DNA of 64,000 bases, from positions 5,924 through 69,923 of the forward strand of contig JAFXHU010000008.1 in assembly GCA_017533565.1 (NCBI GenBank). The letters run 5' to 3'. Both the position numbers and the translations under genes were made by a program. This document shows positions 50,414-61,284 of this stretch, piece after piece; the stretch's first letter is position 1; every line of letters starts with the position of its first letter. This DNA is from Clostridia bacterium (GTDB taxonomy: Bacteria > Bacillota > Clostridia > Oscillospirales > CAG-272). The notes beneath the pieces were generated by a model. That model searched no databases. It had not been told where the DNA came from and saw nothing but the letters and a program-made list of their open reading frames with translations.

Positions 50414-52435
50414 TTAATTATTATTTACAAAAAATATTCTGCATTCGCCCTTGCCGATTGAAAGCGAAGGACTGTCGGCATTCACCCTGCAAGCCTCGCT
50501 TGTATCGGTATCGGGATCGTAAACCGTAACGCTGAAAAGCGGCACCTCGGTATTAAGCTTAAGCTTGCCCGAAAACGCCTCCCCGACGTTAACCACAAGA
50601 AAAGCGGTCCTGTCCTGCGAAGCCTTTTTAAGGCAAACAAGCTCCGCCTCGGCAGATATATTTCGGTAGCCGAGTGCAGAAAGCCTTTTTACCGCAGCAT
50701 CGGCGTCAAGCTCGCTGATTGCTTCGGCAAAGCCGTCACACCCCTCGGGTATTCTTACCGAAGGAGGAAGGACGAGTGCCGCACCGTCAAACGCCCCGCT
50801 GTCCTTAAGAGATGAAAGCCTTTCGCCGTTGATATAGCAAAAATCGATTCCGCTACGCGCCAACGCTCCCGCTATGTCCTTTAAAAAGCTCTTAATTTTT
50901 AAAAGCCGTTGTGACGTCCTTTTCTCCGAAGCCGACACCGACGGATAGCATTCCTTCCAAATTTCTTCGTTTGGAATGTACACGAAAACCCGTCTTACGG
51001 GGGTCATATCCGAAAGCTTTGTGAGCAGTCTGTCCGTAAAATCACAGCATCGCCGCGTTTCCTCTGCGCCGAGCGCGGTTTCGGTATAGTAGGATAAAAA
51101 TCTCGTTGCACCGAGTGCCGCCTCAAGCGCGGTTGCAAGCTTAAACGCCCTCTCGGTAATCGGGAAAACGTCCTTGCAGATGTTTGACGCCTCAATCATT
51201 ACCTCGCTTTTGCCGTAAAGCTGTGCTGCCGAGGCGGCAAGCTTTATTGCCGATGCGTGTCCGAATATTTCCTTTGGCGAGGCGAAAAGCATATCGCACC
51301 CGGGAATGTCCATCATACCAAGCTGTGAAAGAGCATCGCCGTGCATATACGGGTGAAGCTCAAACTCCTCCTCGTAAAGCAAATGCCCCGTGTATGAAAC
51401 GCCGCGGCTCTTGCAAAAGCTTGAATATACTCCGCCAAAGCCCTCGCGAAACAGCTCGGATGCCGTTTCCCAAAAATCGCGGCGCGCCGCTTGTCCGTCC
51501 TCGCCTCCGTCGAAGAAAAGCTGTGGCAAAAGCGGCAAAAGGTCATACCCGTGTCGTGAAATAAAGGCTTTTTCAAAGCCCTCCGTCCACGGCATATACG
51601 GTGTAAACGCCACCCTGCTGTCGGGAAGGTCGCGCACCTTGAAAACGTTATTCTGCGCCTTTAAAACCTCGTCGCGGTAGTTTTCGGTGTAATCCATTCG
51701 GCAAAGCGCGGGTATCTGCGGCTCGTCGGTAAATATCGCCTCGACGTATTCCGAAAGGTCGCCAAGCTTTTCATAGCCGTCAAAGGTTTTGTGCAAAAAC
51801 GCCTCGGTTGCCTCGGGCATAAGCGTGTCCGTATATCTGCTTACTCCGCGCGTAACGTGCGAGGTCGCGGAAAATTCAAACGCGTTTTTTCCGAAAAAGG
51901 CATACACCCTCTTTGCTCCCATACCGCTTGTGTTGAGCAAAATTCCTCCGCCAAAGGTTTTGCGGTCGCTAACGTCGCATACGCTCTTAAAATTAGGGAC
52001 GCCGTTTTCGTCAAGGTCAACCGCAAACGCATATTTTACGTCGCCGTAGCCGTGGGGGCTGTTTATACAAATCACGCCCTTTTCGTCAGGCTCTCCGATA
52101 ACCGCCGCAAGAGCCTTTGCCTCGAGCCTCGGATTTTCTCTTGCGATTTTGCCGTCCGCGCCTCCGCTCGGATAATACTTCTCGTCGTATATCCAAACCG
52201 AAAGCCCGATTTGCTTTGCATATTTTATAATCTCCCGAGCCTCGTCAAAGCTCTCCTTTGAAAGATAATCGTTGTATGACGGGCAAATCGCCACACCGCC
52301 GTAGCCGAGAGCCTTCAGTCTGTCAAGCCTCTCCCTTGGCGGCGGAAGCGTTACGTCCTGCAAAAAGCAGCAGGGGATAAATTTAAAATCGTGTACAAGC
52401 TCAATCGGTCTGTAGCTTTTGAACTCGCCTTTCAT
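50414..52435 (-). CDS. Hypothetical protein, possibly a glycoside-hydrolase-like TIM-barrel enzyme
   Basis: 673 aa, ATG 52435 after GAAAGGA. The N-terminal region (LKALGYGGVAICPSYNDYL...GLSVWIYDEKYYPSG) looks like a sugar-hydrolase barrel. No family recognised with confidence. Confidence 0.35.
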   Translation of the reverse strand: MKGEFKSYRPIELVHDFKFIPCCFLQDVTLPPPRERLDRLKALGYGGVAICPSYNDYLSKESFDEAREIIKYAKQIGLSVWIYDEKYYPSGGADGKIARENPRLEAKALAAVIGEPDEKGVICINSPHGYGDVKYAFAVDLDENGVPNFKSVCDVSDRKTFGGGILLNTSGMGAKRVYAFFGKNAFEFSATSHVTRGVSRYTDTLMPEATEAFLHKTFDGYEKLGDLSEYVEAIFTDEPQIPALCRMDYTENYRDEVLKAQNNVFKVRDLPDSRVAFTPYMPWTEGFEKAFISRHGYDLLPLLPQLFFDGGEDGQAARRDFWETASELFREGFGGVYSSFCKSRGVSYTGHLLYEEEFELHPYMHGDALSQLGMMDIPGCDMLFASPKEIFGHASAIKLAASAAQLYGKSEVMIEASNICKDVFPITERAFKLATALEAALGATRFLSYYTETALGAEETRRCCDFTDRLLTKLSDMTPVRRVFVYIPNEEIWKECYPSVSASEKRTSQRLLKIKSFLKDIAGALARSGIDFCYINGERLSSLKDSGAFDGAALVLPPSVRIPEGCDGFAEAISELDADAAVKRLSALGYRNISAEAELVCLKKASQDRTAFLVVNVGEAFSGKLKLNTEVPLFSVTVYDPDTDTSEACRVNADSPSLSIGKGECRIFFVNNN

Positions 52436-52539
52436 ATCCGCATCCTTTCGTTTCAAAGATATCTACGAATATTTTATAAATAAAAAGGGAGTTTGTCAAT
52501 TCGTTTTTTTAAATATCTTTGAAAAACAAAGATTTTCGG

Positions 52540-53952
52540 CTATTCTTCTTTGATTATTGAATAAAGGCGTCGCGCTGTGTGAAAAAGCGGGAAAATCAGC
52601 GGTAAAATCAAAATCGCACGCATCGCAACCGAGCCGCGGAATGCAAACAGCAAAAACGCATATAATACCGTAAGCGCGTAATAAAAAGCACTCCTTCGTA
52701 TAAAAATGGGCGTTTCTCCCGAAATTTTCTTGAAAACCAGACAGTTAAGCGCACAGGTAATGACGTAGGCAACAGGCACGAAAATCGCAACCGCGCGGTA
52801 GTCGGTAAACGGAGAAAGCGCAAGGGTGAGAATAACCGTAACCGCTGCCGCCGCCACGGTGGGAAGGGAGGTCATACCGCTTCTTTCAAAATACATTTCT
52901 CCCGCTACAACCGCGCTTGATAAAAAGCTCGGCAAAACCGAAAGCGCAAGCGGATATACCGCAAAAAGGCAATCCCTATATTCCGCGGGAGCAACAATCC
53001 TTACCGTTTCGGGAACGATAGCAAGTATTGCGAGCGTTAAGAGTGAAAGACCCCGCGTCGCAAGCAGTAAAACCGAGCGGCTTCGGTCAAATTCTCCCGC
53101 CCGCACCCTTCGTAAAATCCAGGGCGAAAGCGCGGACAAAAGACCGTTCGTTATAACCGAAAGCGAAAGACCGACCGACATTGCAACCGAATATTTTGCA
53201 AGAGCCTCGCTTCCGTGAAGCCTTGACAGTGCGACCTCTCCGATGCGTATAATCACCAAGGCGGACAAATAATGCGGTAAAAGCGGAAGGCTGAATTTCA
53301 ACAAAAACCGCCAAATCTCCCCGTCGTATATCCTATGCGACCGACGGAATATAATAAATAAAAAGGGAAGTGCCACGGCAACCGCCGAAAGGAGCGAGGC
53401 GTAAATTCTCCCCTCTCCGCCGAGCGAAAGTCCCGCAATAAGCAAAACCGAGAGCGCGGGCGTTAAAAGGGCAACGGCAATATTAGTTATCGCAACAGCC
53501 TTGTATTTATAGGAAAATCGCGCCTCCGCCGTGTAAACCGAAATGATTGCATTTAATAAAATATGAACGAGCATCACGGAAAATATCCGATTGCCAAGTC
53601 CCGTAAATTCGCCGAAAATGGCGGAAAATGTAAACAAAAGTAGGGAAATTACCGCCCAAATCACAAAAATTAACCCAACGGCACAGCTTGTGAACTCCTC
53701 TTTTTTGTTGCCGAACTTTTGTAAGCCGCGAAGGATTGCACCGCCCGCAACCTCAAGCGTTACCACCGCCGACAAAAGCGAAAGAAAGGTGGCGTATTGC
53801 GGAAAAATTCCGTACTCCCGCGCCGAAAGAAGGCGGGTAAATATCGGAGTCCCGACAACCGAAACGCTCCTTGCAAACGCGCTTGATGCGATATACCAAA
53901 TTGATGCCTTCGCGGGAATACGCAATCCCGTCCGCCTTTTTACACCGTCCAT
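52540..53952 (-). CDS. MOP/Wzx-type oligosaccharide flippase-like membrane protein
   Basis: 470 aa, about 12-14 TM, with the N-terminal pattern typical of polysaccharide-biosynthesis flippases. Confidence 0.6.
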   Translation of the reverse strand: MDGVKRRTGLRIPAKASIWYIASSAFARSVSVVGTPIFTRLLSAREYGIFPQYATFLSLLSAVVTLEVAGGAILRGLQKFGNKKEEFTSCAVGLIFVIWAVISLLLFTFSAIFGEFTGLGNRIFSVMLVHILLNAIISVYTAEARFSYKYKAVAITNIAVALLTPALSVLLIAGLSLGGEGRIYASLLSAVAVALPFLFIIFRRSHRIYDGEIWRFLLKFSLPLLPHYLSALVIIRIGEVALSRLHGSEALAKYSVAMSVGLSLSVITNGLLSALSPWILRRVRAGEFDRSRSVLLLATRGLSLLTLAILAIVPETVRIVAPAEYRDCLFAVYPLALSVLPSFLSSAVVAGEMYFERSGMTSLPTVAAAAVTVILTLALSPFTDYRAVAIFVPVAYVITCALNCLVFKKISGETPIFIRRSAFYYALTVLYAFLLFAFRGSVAMRAILILPLIFPLFHTARRLYSIIKEE

Positions 53953-54180
53953 TTAAACCGCCCCTTACCTTTTGTATTATTATTTACCGCTGAAATTCTT
54001 TTATCCGCAGGGAGCTTTTTTACCCAAATGACGAGTTGACGAATAAATCCTTCACTTTATATATAAAAACGCGCAAAATCAACAAAATTCTGCAGCCCCC
54101 GATAAAATAGTTGCAAATATCTTGATTTTCCGCGCGCGAGGTTGTATAATTATTCCATAAAACCCATATAGGAGAAAATT

Positions 54181-55530
54181 ATGTTCAAGCTTCAGTATCT
54201 TAACGAGCTTTATGAAAGAGTAGTAAAGCGCAATCCGGGCGAAACCGAATTTCACCAAACCGTAGAGGAGGTATTGACCTCTATCGAGCCTGTGCTCGAG
54301 CAAAGACCCGACTACATAACAAGCGGAGTGATGGAGCGCATCGTCGAGCCCGAAAGAATTATCAAATTCCGTGTTCCGTGGGTTGACGATAACGGAAATG
54401 TGCGCGTAAACCGCGGCTTTAGAATTCAGTTTAACAGCGCAATCGGACCTTACAAGGGCGGACTTCGCTTTCACCCCTCCGTTAACGAAAGCATTATAAA
54501 ATTCCTCGGCTTTGAGCAAACCTTTAAAAACTCCCTTACCTCCCTCCCTATGGGCGGCGGAAAGGGCGGCTCCGACTTTGACCCGCAGGGAAAGTCCGAC
54601 CGAGAGGTTATGGCATTCTGCCAAAGCTTTATGACCGAGCTTTGTAAGTATATCGGTGCGGATACCGACGTGCCCGCGGGCGATATCGGAGTCGGCGCGA
54701 GAGAGGTGGGATACCTCTTTGGACAGTACAAGCGCATCTGCAACGAGTTCACGGGCGTCCTCACGGGAAAGGGAATTCCCTACGGCGGCTCTCTTATCCG
54801 TCCGGAGGCTACGGGCTACGGCGCGGTTTATTACACGGTTGAAATGCTCAACTATTTCGGCGACGATATAAAGGGCAAAACCTTTGCAATCTCGGGCTTT
54901 GGTAACGTTGCCTGGGGTACCGTAAAGAAAATCAACGAGCTTGGCGGAAAGGTTGTAACCATCTCCGGACCCGACGGCTACGTCTATGACGCCGACGGTA
55001 TCTCTACCGAGGAAAAGGTTAATTTCCTTCTTGAAATGCGCGCCTCCTGCCGTAACAGGGTGGAGGATTATGCCGACAAATTCGGCGTTCCCTTCTTCAA
55101 GGGAGAAAAGCCGTGGGGAGTTAAAGCCGACGTGCTTATGCCCTGTGCCACTCAAAACGAGGTCGGCGTAAAGGAAGCCGAGCAAATTATAGCAAACGGC
55201 GTAAAATATTACGTCGAGGTATCGAATATGCCCACCACCAACGAAGCAATGGCGCTTCTTAAAAACGCGGGAGTAATAGTTGCACCGTCAAAGGCGGTTA
55301 ACGCGGGCGGTGTCGCAACCTCGGGACTTGAGATGTCGCAAAATTCAATGCGCTATTCCTGGACCGCGGAGGAGGTCGATGCAAAGCTTCACCAAATTAT
55401 GTGCAACATCTTCCACAATTCGGTAAAGGCAGCCAACGAATACGGCCTTGGCGATGACCTCGTGGCAGGTGCAAACATAGCAGGATTTATAAAGGTTGCC
55501 GAAGCAATGAAGGCTCAAGGCGTTGTGTAA
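54181..55530 (+). CDS. gdhA: NADP-specific glutamate dehydrogenase
   Basis: KGGLRFHPSV and LPMGGGKGGSDFDPQGKS are Glu/Leu/Phe/Val dehydrogenase signatures. 449 aa. Confidence 0.9.
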   Translation: MFKLQYLNELYERVVKRNPGETEFHQTVEEVLTSIEPVLEQRPDYITSGVMERIVEPERIIKFRVPWVDDNGNVRVNRGFRIQFNSAIGPYKGGLRFHPSVNESIIKFLGFEQTFKNSLTSLPMGGGKGGSDFDPQGKSDREVMAFCQSFMTELCKYIGADTDVPAGDIGVGAREVGYLFGQYKRICNEFTGVLTGKGIPYGGSLIRPEATGYGAVYYTVEMLNYFGDDIKGKTFAISGFGNVAWGTVKKINELGGKVVTISGPDGYVYDADGISTEEKVNFLLEMRASCRNRVEDYADKFGVPFFKGEKPWGVKADVLMPCATQNEVGVKEAEQIIANGVKYYVEVSNMPTTNEAMALLKNAGVIVAPSKAVNAGGVATSGLEMSQNSMRYSWTAEEVDAKLHQIMCNIFHNSVKAANEYGLGDDLVAGANIAGFIKVAEAMKAQGVV

Positions 55531-55735
55531 GTAATTTTCCGCGCAAGCCGCCGACTGTCACCCTTGCCGTAGATTTCTACGGCTGGCGGGCTGACATTTA
55601 ACGGCTATCATCGAAAAATTATCTTACACGGGTAGCACCTTTTTGTGCATTTCCCCTTTTCCGCACAAGCCGCCGTGCTTGCGTGAATATGATTTTGCAA
55701 AATATGATTTCTTGCAATTTTCCAACGTTATTAGC

Positions 55736-55770
55736 AAAAAAAGAACCGACCCGCGGGTCGGTTCTTTTTA
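55736..55770. terminator. Bidirectional terminator
   Basis: AAGAACCGACCCG / CGGGTCGGTTCTT palindrome flanked by an A-run and a T-run. Confidence 0.8.
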
Positions 55771-55783
55771 TATCCGATTTGAT

Positions 55784-56977
55784 TTATTCGGTGGTATAAT
55801 TATCGAAATAGCCTTGGATATGGACGATGGGCGTGCCCTTGTCTCCCGAGCCGGTGGTAAGGTCGCAAAGCGAGCCGATAAGGTCGGTAAGGCGTCTTGG
55901 CGTCGTGCCCTCCGATGCCATCTGTCCAACGAGGTTTCCGTCCTTTTCAACGATTCTTTCCTTGATTGCCGCCTTAAGAGCCTCGCCCTCAAGCCCCGCA
56001 AAATCGTTATCCGCAAGATACTTGAGCTTAAGCTCGTTGGGCGTGCCCTCAAGACCCGCGGTATATGCGGGCGAAACGACGGGGTCTGCAAGCTCCCAAA
56101 TCTTTCCGACGGGGTCCTTGAATGCGCCGTCGCCGAATACCATAACCTCGACAAGCTTGCCCGTCGCCTTCAAAATCTTTTCCTGGATTGCATCGACAAT
56201 GGGCTGGCAGTCGCGGGGGAAAAGCTTTACCGTGTCCTCGGTAGCCTTGTTAGAGCCGAGAAGTCCGTAATCCGCGTTAAAGCCGCTTCCGTTTACGGGA
56301 GCATTGAGTATTTCGTCAAGTCCGACAACAATCTCCGCGCCCGCCGCACGAAGAAGACGCTTTGTTCTTGCGCGGGTATGAATGTCACAGTTAAGCACGC
56401 GCTTTGCATACGGAAGCACCGCACGCGGGTCGTTTGCGAAGATTACCTCCGCCTCCGCACCGCATTCCTCGATAAGGCTTACGTAATATTCAACGTAATC
56501 GATGCCCGTAAATCTATGCTTCTCGTAGCCGAAAAGCTCGCGGTATTTCTTAAGGTCAAGCACGTCGGAGTAGGGGTTAATACCCTTTTCGTCAAGCATA
56601 TCGAGCGAAATGAGATGGTTTCCAACCTCGTCGGAGGGGTAGGAAAGCATAAGAACGATCTTCTTTGCGCCCTTTGCAATTCCGCGAAGGCAGATAGCAA
56701 ATCTGTTTCTTGAAAGTATGGGAAGAATAACGCCCACGGTTTCTCCGCCAAGCTTTGCTCTTACGTCCGCCGCAATATCCTCCACGGTGGCGTAGTTGCC
56801 CTGTGCGCGTGCAACGATTGCCTCGGTCATTGCGACGATATCTCTGTTGCGTATGCCGTAGCCCTCAACCTCCGCCGCGGTAAGCACCGACTCGGTAACG
56901 ATATCGACGATATTATCACCGCTTCTGATTATGGGGGCGCGCACACCGCGCGAAACTGTTCCAACCATTCTTGACAT
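55784..56977 (-). CDS. CofE-like (F420-0:gamma-glutamyl ligase family fold) protein
   Basis: ATG 56977 is 7 nt after AAAGGAG. GTVSRGVRAPIIRSGDNIVDIV...DIVAMTEAIVARAQGN resembles the CofE/F420-ligase-domain N-terminus. Actual substrate unknown. Confidence 0.5.
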   Translation of the reverse strand: MSRMVGTVSRGVRAPIIRSGDNIVDIVTESVLTAAEVEGYGIRNRDIVAMTEAIVARAQGNYATVEDIAADVRAKLGGETVGVILPILSRNRFAICLRGIAKGAKKIVLMLSYPSDEVGNHLISLDMLDEKGINPYSDVLDLKKYRELFGYEKHRFTGIDYVEYYVSLIEECGAEAEVIFANDPRAVLPYAKRVLNCDIHTRARTKRLLRAAGAEIVVGLDEILNAPVNGSGFNADYGLLGSNKATEDTVKLFPRDCQPIVDAIQEKILKATGKLVEVMVFGDGAFKDPVGKIWELADPVVSPAYTAGLEGTPNELKLKYLADNDFAGLEGEALKAAIKERIVEKDGNLVGQMASEGTTPRRLTDLIGSLCDLTTGSGDKGTPIVHIQGYFDNYTTE

Positions 56978-57169
56978 AGCATGTCTCCTTTTTCCCAAAA
57001 AGGGCGAAAAAATTTTACACTATAGTATAGCATATCCGTTAAAAAAAGTAAATACCAAATCCTAAAAAAATAACGCCGAAATAAATATTTTTATAAAAAA
57101 AGCGGTTTGACTTGCATTTTACCCCGCCTTTTGGTAAAATATAAGAAAAACGGTTGGGAGGGACGCATT

Positions 57170-58033
57170 ATGCCACCAAAGGTCTATTTTTCCAAAGCAA
57201 TCACCCCAAACGAGCTTGTAAGGCTCTACGGTATGCTCGGCGCGAAGCTTTCGGGAAGGGTAGCGGTAAAGGTTCATTCGGGAGAGGTAGGTAATCAAAA
57301 CTTCCTCCGTCCCGAGTTTTTCCGCCCGATAATAGAGAGCGTTGGCGGTACGGTCGTAGAGTGCAACACAGCCTACGAGGGCGGACGCGATACCACCGAA
57401 AAGCATATAAAAACCTTCAAGCTTCACGGTTGGGTGCCAAGTTTTGAGGTTGACCTCCTCGACGCGGAGGGACCCGATTTGGAGCTTGAAATTCCGAACG
57501 GCAGGGAGATAAAGAAATGCTTCGTCGGAAAGGATATCGTCAACTACGACAGCGCGCTCGTCCTCTCGCATTTCAAGGGGCATCCGATGGGCGGATACGG
57601 CGGCGCATTAAAGCAGCTTTCAATCGGCTTTGCCTCCTCCTACGGCAAAAAATATATACACGGGGTGGGGGATACGGTTGATTATTGGAACTCTGACCAC
57701 GATTCCTTCCTTCGCGCGATGGCTGACGCCGCCTCCGCCGTAGTTAATTTCTTTGACCGCCGAATCGTCTATATTAACGTTATGAAAAACCTATCTGTTG
57801 ACTGCGATTGCTGCGCGGTTGCGGAGGACCCCTGTATGCCCGATATAGGCGTGCTTGCATCTACCGACCCCGTCGCTATCGACCGCGCCTGCCTCGACCT
57901 CGTTTACGCTTCAAGCGAAAAGGGGCGCGACCACCTCGTAAAACGTATTGAAACGCGAAACGGCACGCTTACCCCCGTTGCCGCCGCAAGCCTCGGCATC
58001 GGCTCGCTTGAATACGAGCTTGTCGAAGTCTAA
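57170..58033 (+). CDS. DUF362 domain protein
   Basis: MPPKVYFSKAI...VAVKVHSGEVGNQNFLRPEF...VECNTAY... and the Cys cluster VDCDCCA fit DUF362 as I recall it. Confidence 0.6.
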   Translation: MPPKVYFSKAITPNELVRLYGMLGAKLSGRVAVKVHSGEVGNQNFLRPEFFRPIIESVGGTVVECNTAYEGGRDTTEKHIKTFKLHGWVPSFEVDLLDAEGPDLELEIPNGREIKKCFVGKDIVNYDSALVLSHFKGHPMGGYGGALKQLSIGFASSYGKKYIHGVGDTVDYWNSDHDSFLRAMADAASAVVNFFDRRIVYINVMKNLSVDCDCCAVAEDPCMPDIGVLASTDPVAIDRACLDLVYASSEKGRDHLVKRIETRNGTLTPVAAASLGIGSLEYELVEV

Positions 58034-58196
58034 CCATCGGATTTTCGCCCGTTATTTTGCGACAAATGCCAACCCGTGTTAAATTTTGCACGAATTAACG
58101 GCGGTATTTGATTTTGCTCTTTCACCCGCAAATGTAAATAAAAGATTACAAAAACGCCCCTGCTTTTCGCAGAGGCGTTTTCTATACGCAGGTAAT

Positions 58197-60155
58197 TTAT
58201 TCTGTAAGCATCCAAACCGCCATTTTCGACTCCTCGCACCAAAGCTTACCCGCGGAGGCATAGTCGGTAACCCTTATTGAAGTGCCGTCCGCCAGCGGAA
58301 GCTCCATTTCAATAATGTGCGGGAAGGGCGCAATATCCGCCTCGGGAAATTTTACGTCAACCGTACCGTCGGGGTTTACAAGCACGTCGATAGGCTCGTC
58401 AACCGAATAGCCGAGGCGATTTTCCTGTGCGAGCATTATCGGACCGCGCCTTATCGCGATATGCCTGTGTGCTATGGGGTCCTCTCTGTCAAAGGTGGGG
58501 ACCATATAATTATGACCCCAAACCACCTTGTTCATAAGGATTTGCGTGCCGTAGGGTATCGGCAAAATTGCCTGTGCCGTCATATCGAGCGAAAGGGTTA
58601 TTACCTCGCCGCCTTTCCAAACTCTTTTTACGGTAACGTATCCCTCGGTGGGAATGATTTCCTTGCCGCAAACGGTAATCCTTGTTTCTTCGCTCCACTC
58701 GGGAATGCGAAGGAAAAGCTCAAACTCCTCCGCCTCGCATTCAAGGGTGATTTTAATCTCTCCGTGCTTCGGGTATTCTGTTTCGGTTTTTATAACGAGA
58801 GGTTTGCCCGACGGGGTAAGCGTCTTAACCTCTCCGTCTATGTAAAGGTTGAGGACAACTCCTCCCTCCCTTGCAAGCAGCTGCATCTTGGGTACGAGTC
58901 CTATTCCCGCCGCGCCGATGCAGGCACAGCAGCCGTAGTAGTGGTTATCGCTCATAAGCTTCAAGCCGCCGATACCGTTTCCGCGAGTGCCCGCGGTAAG
59001 CGGCGAATAGCTGTCGAAGGGAAGCGGCTCGATTGCCCAATCGGGGTGATTTTGACGAATGGTAGGCTCGATAACCTTCTCCGTGTTGACGGAGCCGAGA
59101 TATGCGTTGTAAAGCGAAATTTCAAATGCGTCAACGTACCTTGGGTCACCCGTTAAAAGGTGAATTTGGTAGAAAAATTTCATAAGCGTCACGGTGACGC
59201 AGGTTTCCTGCATAATTTTTCCGTTGTCGGTGTTTGCCTGCCTTACCGTAGAATGGTCGAAAAGCTCGTGGGTACAGCCCGCACAGCCAATGACCGTGAA
59301 ATCGTTTTCAAGCACCCTGTTTGCAAAGTTCACCGCCGCATCGAGATACCACTCCGTGCCGACAATTCTGTAATATTCGATAAGCCCCTCAAAGCAGGAG
59401 GTCATCTCGTACGCTTTCGTTACGGGATATTGATAGGGCATAAGCTCGTCGCGGTAGGCAAGCTCGAAAAGATTGTCAACGTCAAAGCCGCCGTTATTGA
59501 CGATATATCCCGCAAAGTCGAGGTATCTTTTATCTCCCGAAAGCGAATAAAGCCTTACGATAGGCTCAAGAAGCGAGGAGGAGTTAAGTCCGCGCCAATG
59601 GTGCGTAGCCGAGGTGATCGGCAATTTACCCTCGGATTTCGGGCCGATTTTTTTCATAATGCAGTCGGCTTGACGGCACATACACCCGATAATTTCGTCG
59701 CGGTTTTCGCATTCGGGGTCAATTTCAAGGTAGTACTGCATACCGAGAAGCACGTACTTTCTCGACCAAATATCCCAGGCGTCAAGCTCGTGGCTTCTTG
59801 CGTAGGAGCTTATTCTTCCGTCCTCATCGGCGGTGGACATCATATCCCTTACCGTTTCGCGCAAAAGCGAAAGCAGCCTCGGGTTTTTCGTGTAGGAATA
59901 AACGAAGCAGGCACCGCGCATCATTTTGCCCCAATATTCACCGCGCCAGCCCGACTCGTAATCTGCATCCTCCTCACGGAACTGCTCAACGAATCTTGCC
60001 CAAAGCTCGGGGCGCAGGTGCTGAAAATCCTCGATAAATCTAAAGCTCTCGTCTATAAATCCGCGATAGCTGTACTCGTTTTCGTAATCGGCAAAATGCA
60101 CGTCGGTTGAAAGTCTTACCGCGTTTACGGGATTGTTTGTGTAAAGGTTTCTCAT
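58197..60155 (-). CDS. Glycoside hydrolase family 127-like (DUF1680, beta-L-arabinofuranosidase-type)
   Basis: ATG 60155 after GGAGTGG. QETCVTVTLMKFFYQIHLLTGDPRYVDAFEISLYNAYLGS and a GCC Cys motif match the GH127 pattern (ETC...l.tgd.rY.D..E..lyN). Confidence 0.6.
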   Translation of the reverse strand: MRNLYTNNPVNAVRLSTDVHFADYENEYSYRGFIDESFRFIEDFQHLRPELWARFVEQFREEDADYESGWRGEYWGKMMRGACFVYSYTKNPRLLSLLRETVRDMMSTADEDGRISSYARSHELDAWDIWSRKYVLLGMQYYLEIDPECENRDEIIGCMCRQADCIMKKIGPKSEGKLPITSATHHWRGLNSSSLLEPIVRLYSLSGDKRYLDFAGYIVNNGGFDVDNLFELAYRDELMPYQYPVTKAYEMTSCFEGLIEYYRIVGTEWYLDAAVNFANRVLENDFTVIGCAGCTHELFDHSTVRQANTDNGKIMQETCVTVTLMKFFYQIHLLTGDPRYVDAFEISLYNAYLGSVNTEKVIEPTIRQNHPDWAIEPLPFDSYSPLTAGTRGNGIGGLKLMSDNHYYGCCACIGAAGIGLVPKMQLLAREGGVVLNLYIDGEVKTLTPSGKPLVIKTETEYPKHGEIKITLECEAEEFELFLRIPEWSEETRITVCGKEIIPTEGYVTVKRVWKGGEVITLSLDMTAQAILPIPYGTQILMNKVVWGHNYMVPTFDREDPIAHRHIAIRRGPIMLAQENRLGYSVDEPIDVLVNPDGTVDVKFPEADIAPFPHIIEMELPLADGTSIRVTDYASAGKLWCEESKMAVWMLTE

Positions 60156-60380
60156 TTTCCACTCCAAATGCATAATTGGTGCAGCCTCTTGCACCGAATA
60201 AAGTATAGCATTTTGCCCGTAGAAAATCAATACGGTTATACAAATTTATTCAAAATGGGAGATTGTAACAGTCGCTTTGGTGTAATAGTGCCAAAATTTC
60301 CCGCAACACTTGAATAATGCGCGCACTTGTGCTAAAATAAAGAAAATAACGCTCGCACGGGCGCAGGGAAGGGAGAAATT

Positions 60381-61271
60381 ATGGAAAAAAACAGTCCGAA
60401 AGCCTGGCTGTATCTTTTACCCGCGATACTGTTTCTCGGTGTTTTTCTCGTATATCCGCTTATCGACGTTTTGGTTTATTCCTTTGAGGAAAGCTTCAAC
60501 TTTGCCTCTCAAACCTCGGCGGGAATCGGATTTTACAATTACGAATACGTCCTTCGCGACCCATTCTTTTTACAGGCGATTAAAAACACCTTTATCCTCG
60601 TCTTGATAACCGTCCCGATTTCTACGGGTCTTGGACTTTTGATATCCCTTGCCCTCAACGCGATAAAGCCGCTTCGCCGCGCATTTCAAACGGTATTCTT
60701 CCTCCCCTACGTGACGAATACCCTCGCGGTGGGAATGGTATTTATGATTATTTTCGATAAAACGGAGTACTCCGCGGGTCTTATGAATACCGTCCTTTCG
60801 GTATTCGGAATGACACCCGTTGATTTTATAGACGGCCCGTATTGGGCAAAGATGCTCGTCCTCTCCGTTTATACCGTCTGGGTCGTTTTGCCGTTTAAAA
60901 TCCTTATACTTACGAGTGCGCTCGCCTCGGTAAGGAAGGATTATTACGACGCCGCCCGCATCGACGGCACCTCTCGCGGAAGAATGTTCCGAAAAATCAC
61001 TCTGCCGATGATATCCCCGATGATTTTTTACCTCGTAATCACCGGCTTTATCGGAGCGTTCAAGGCGTACAGCGACGCCGTCGCGCTCTTTGGTACTAAC
61101 CTTAATTCACAGGAAATGAATACCATCGTCGGATATATCTACGATATGCTTTACGGGGAGGGCGGAGGTTATCCCTCCTACGCCTCTGCCGCGGCGATAA
61201 TCCTGTTCCTTATTATTCTGACCGTAACCTCCGTCAATCTGCTCGTCTCTCGGCAGAAGGTTCATTACTGA
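60381..61271 (+). CDS. Carbohydrate ABC transporter permease
   Basis: Six TM. EAA-type loop (AARIDGTSRGRMFRKITLP). Confidence 0.8.
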   Translation: MEKNSPKAWLYLLPAILFLGVFLVYPLIDVLVYSFEESFNFASQTSAGIGFYNYEYVLRDPFFLQAIKNTFILVLITVPISTGLGLLISLALNAIKPLRRAFQTVFFLPYVTNTLAVGMVFMIIFDKTEYSAGLMNTVLSVFGMTPVDFIDGPYWAKMLVLSVYTVWVVLPFKILILTSALASVRKDYYDAARIDGTSRGRMFRKITLPMISPMIFYLVITGFIGAFKAYSDAVALFGTNLNSQEMNTIVGYIYDMLYGEGGGYPSYASAAAIILFLIILTVTSVNLLVSRQKVHY

Positions 61272-61284
61272 TAGGGGGGCGTGT

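Noticed and set aside
55531-55735. Imperfect direct repeat TTCCGC[GA]CAAGCCGCCG (about 55537 and about 55657), plus a long imperfect hairpin downstream of gdhA.
   Set aside because: There are only two degenerate copies, no associated ORF, and no resemblance to known elements. It is most simply read as decayed REP-like/terminator sequence between convergent genes.
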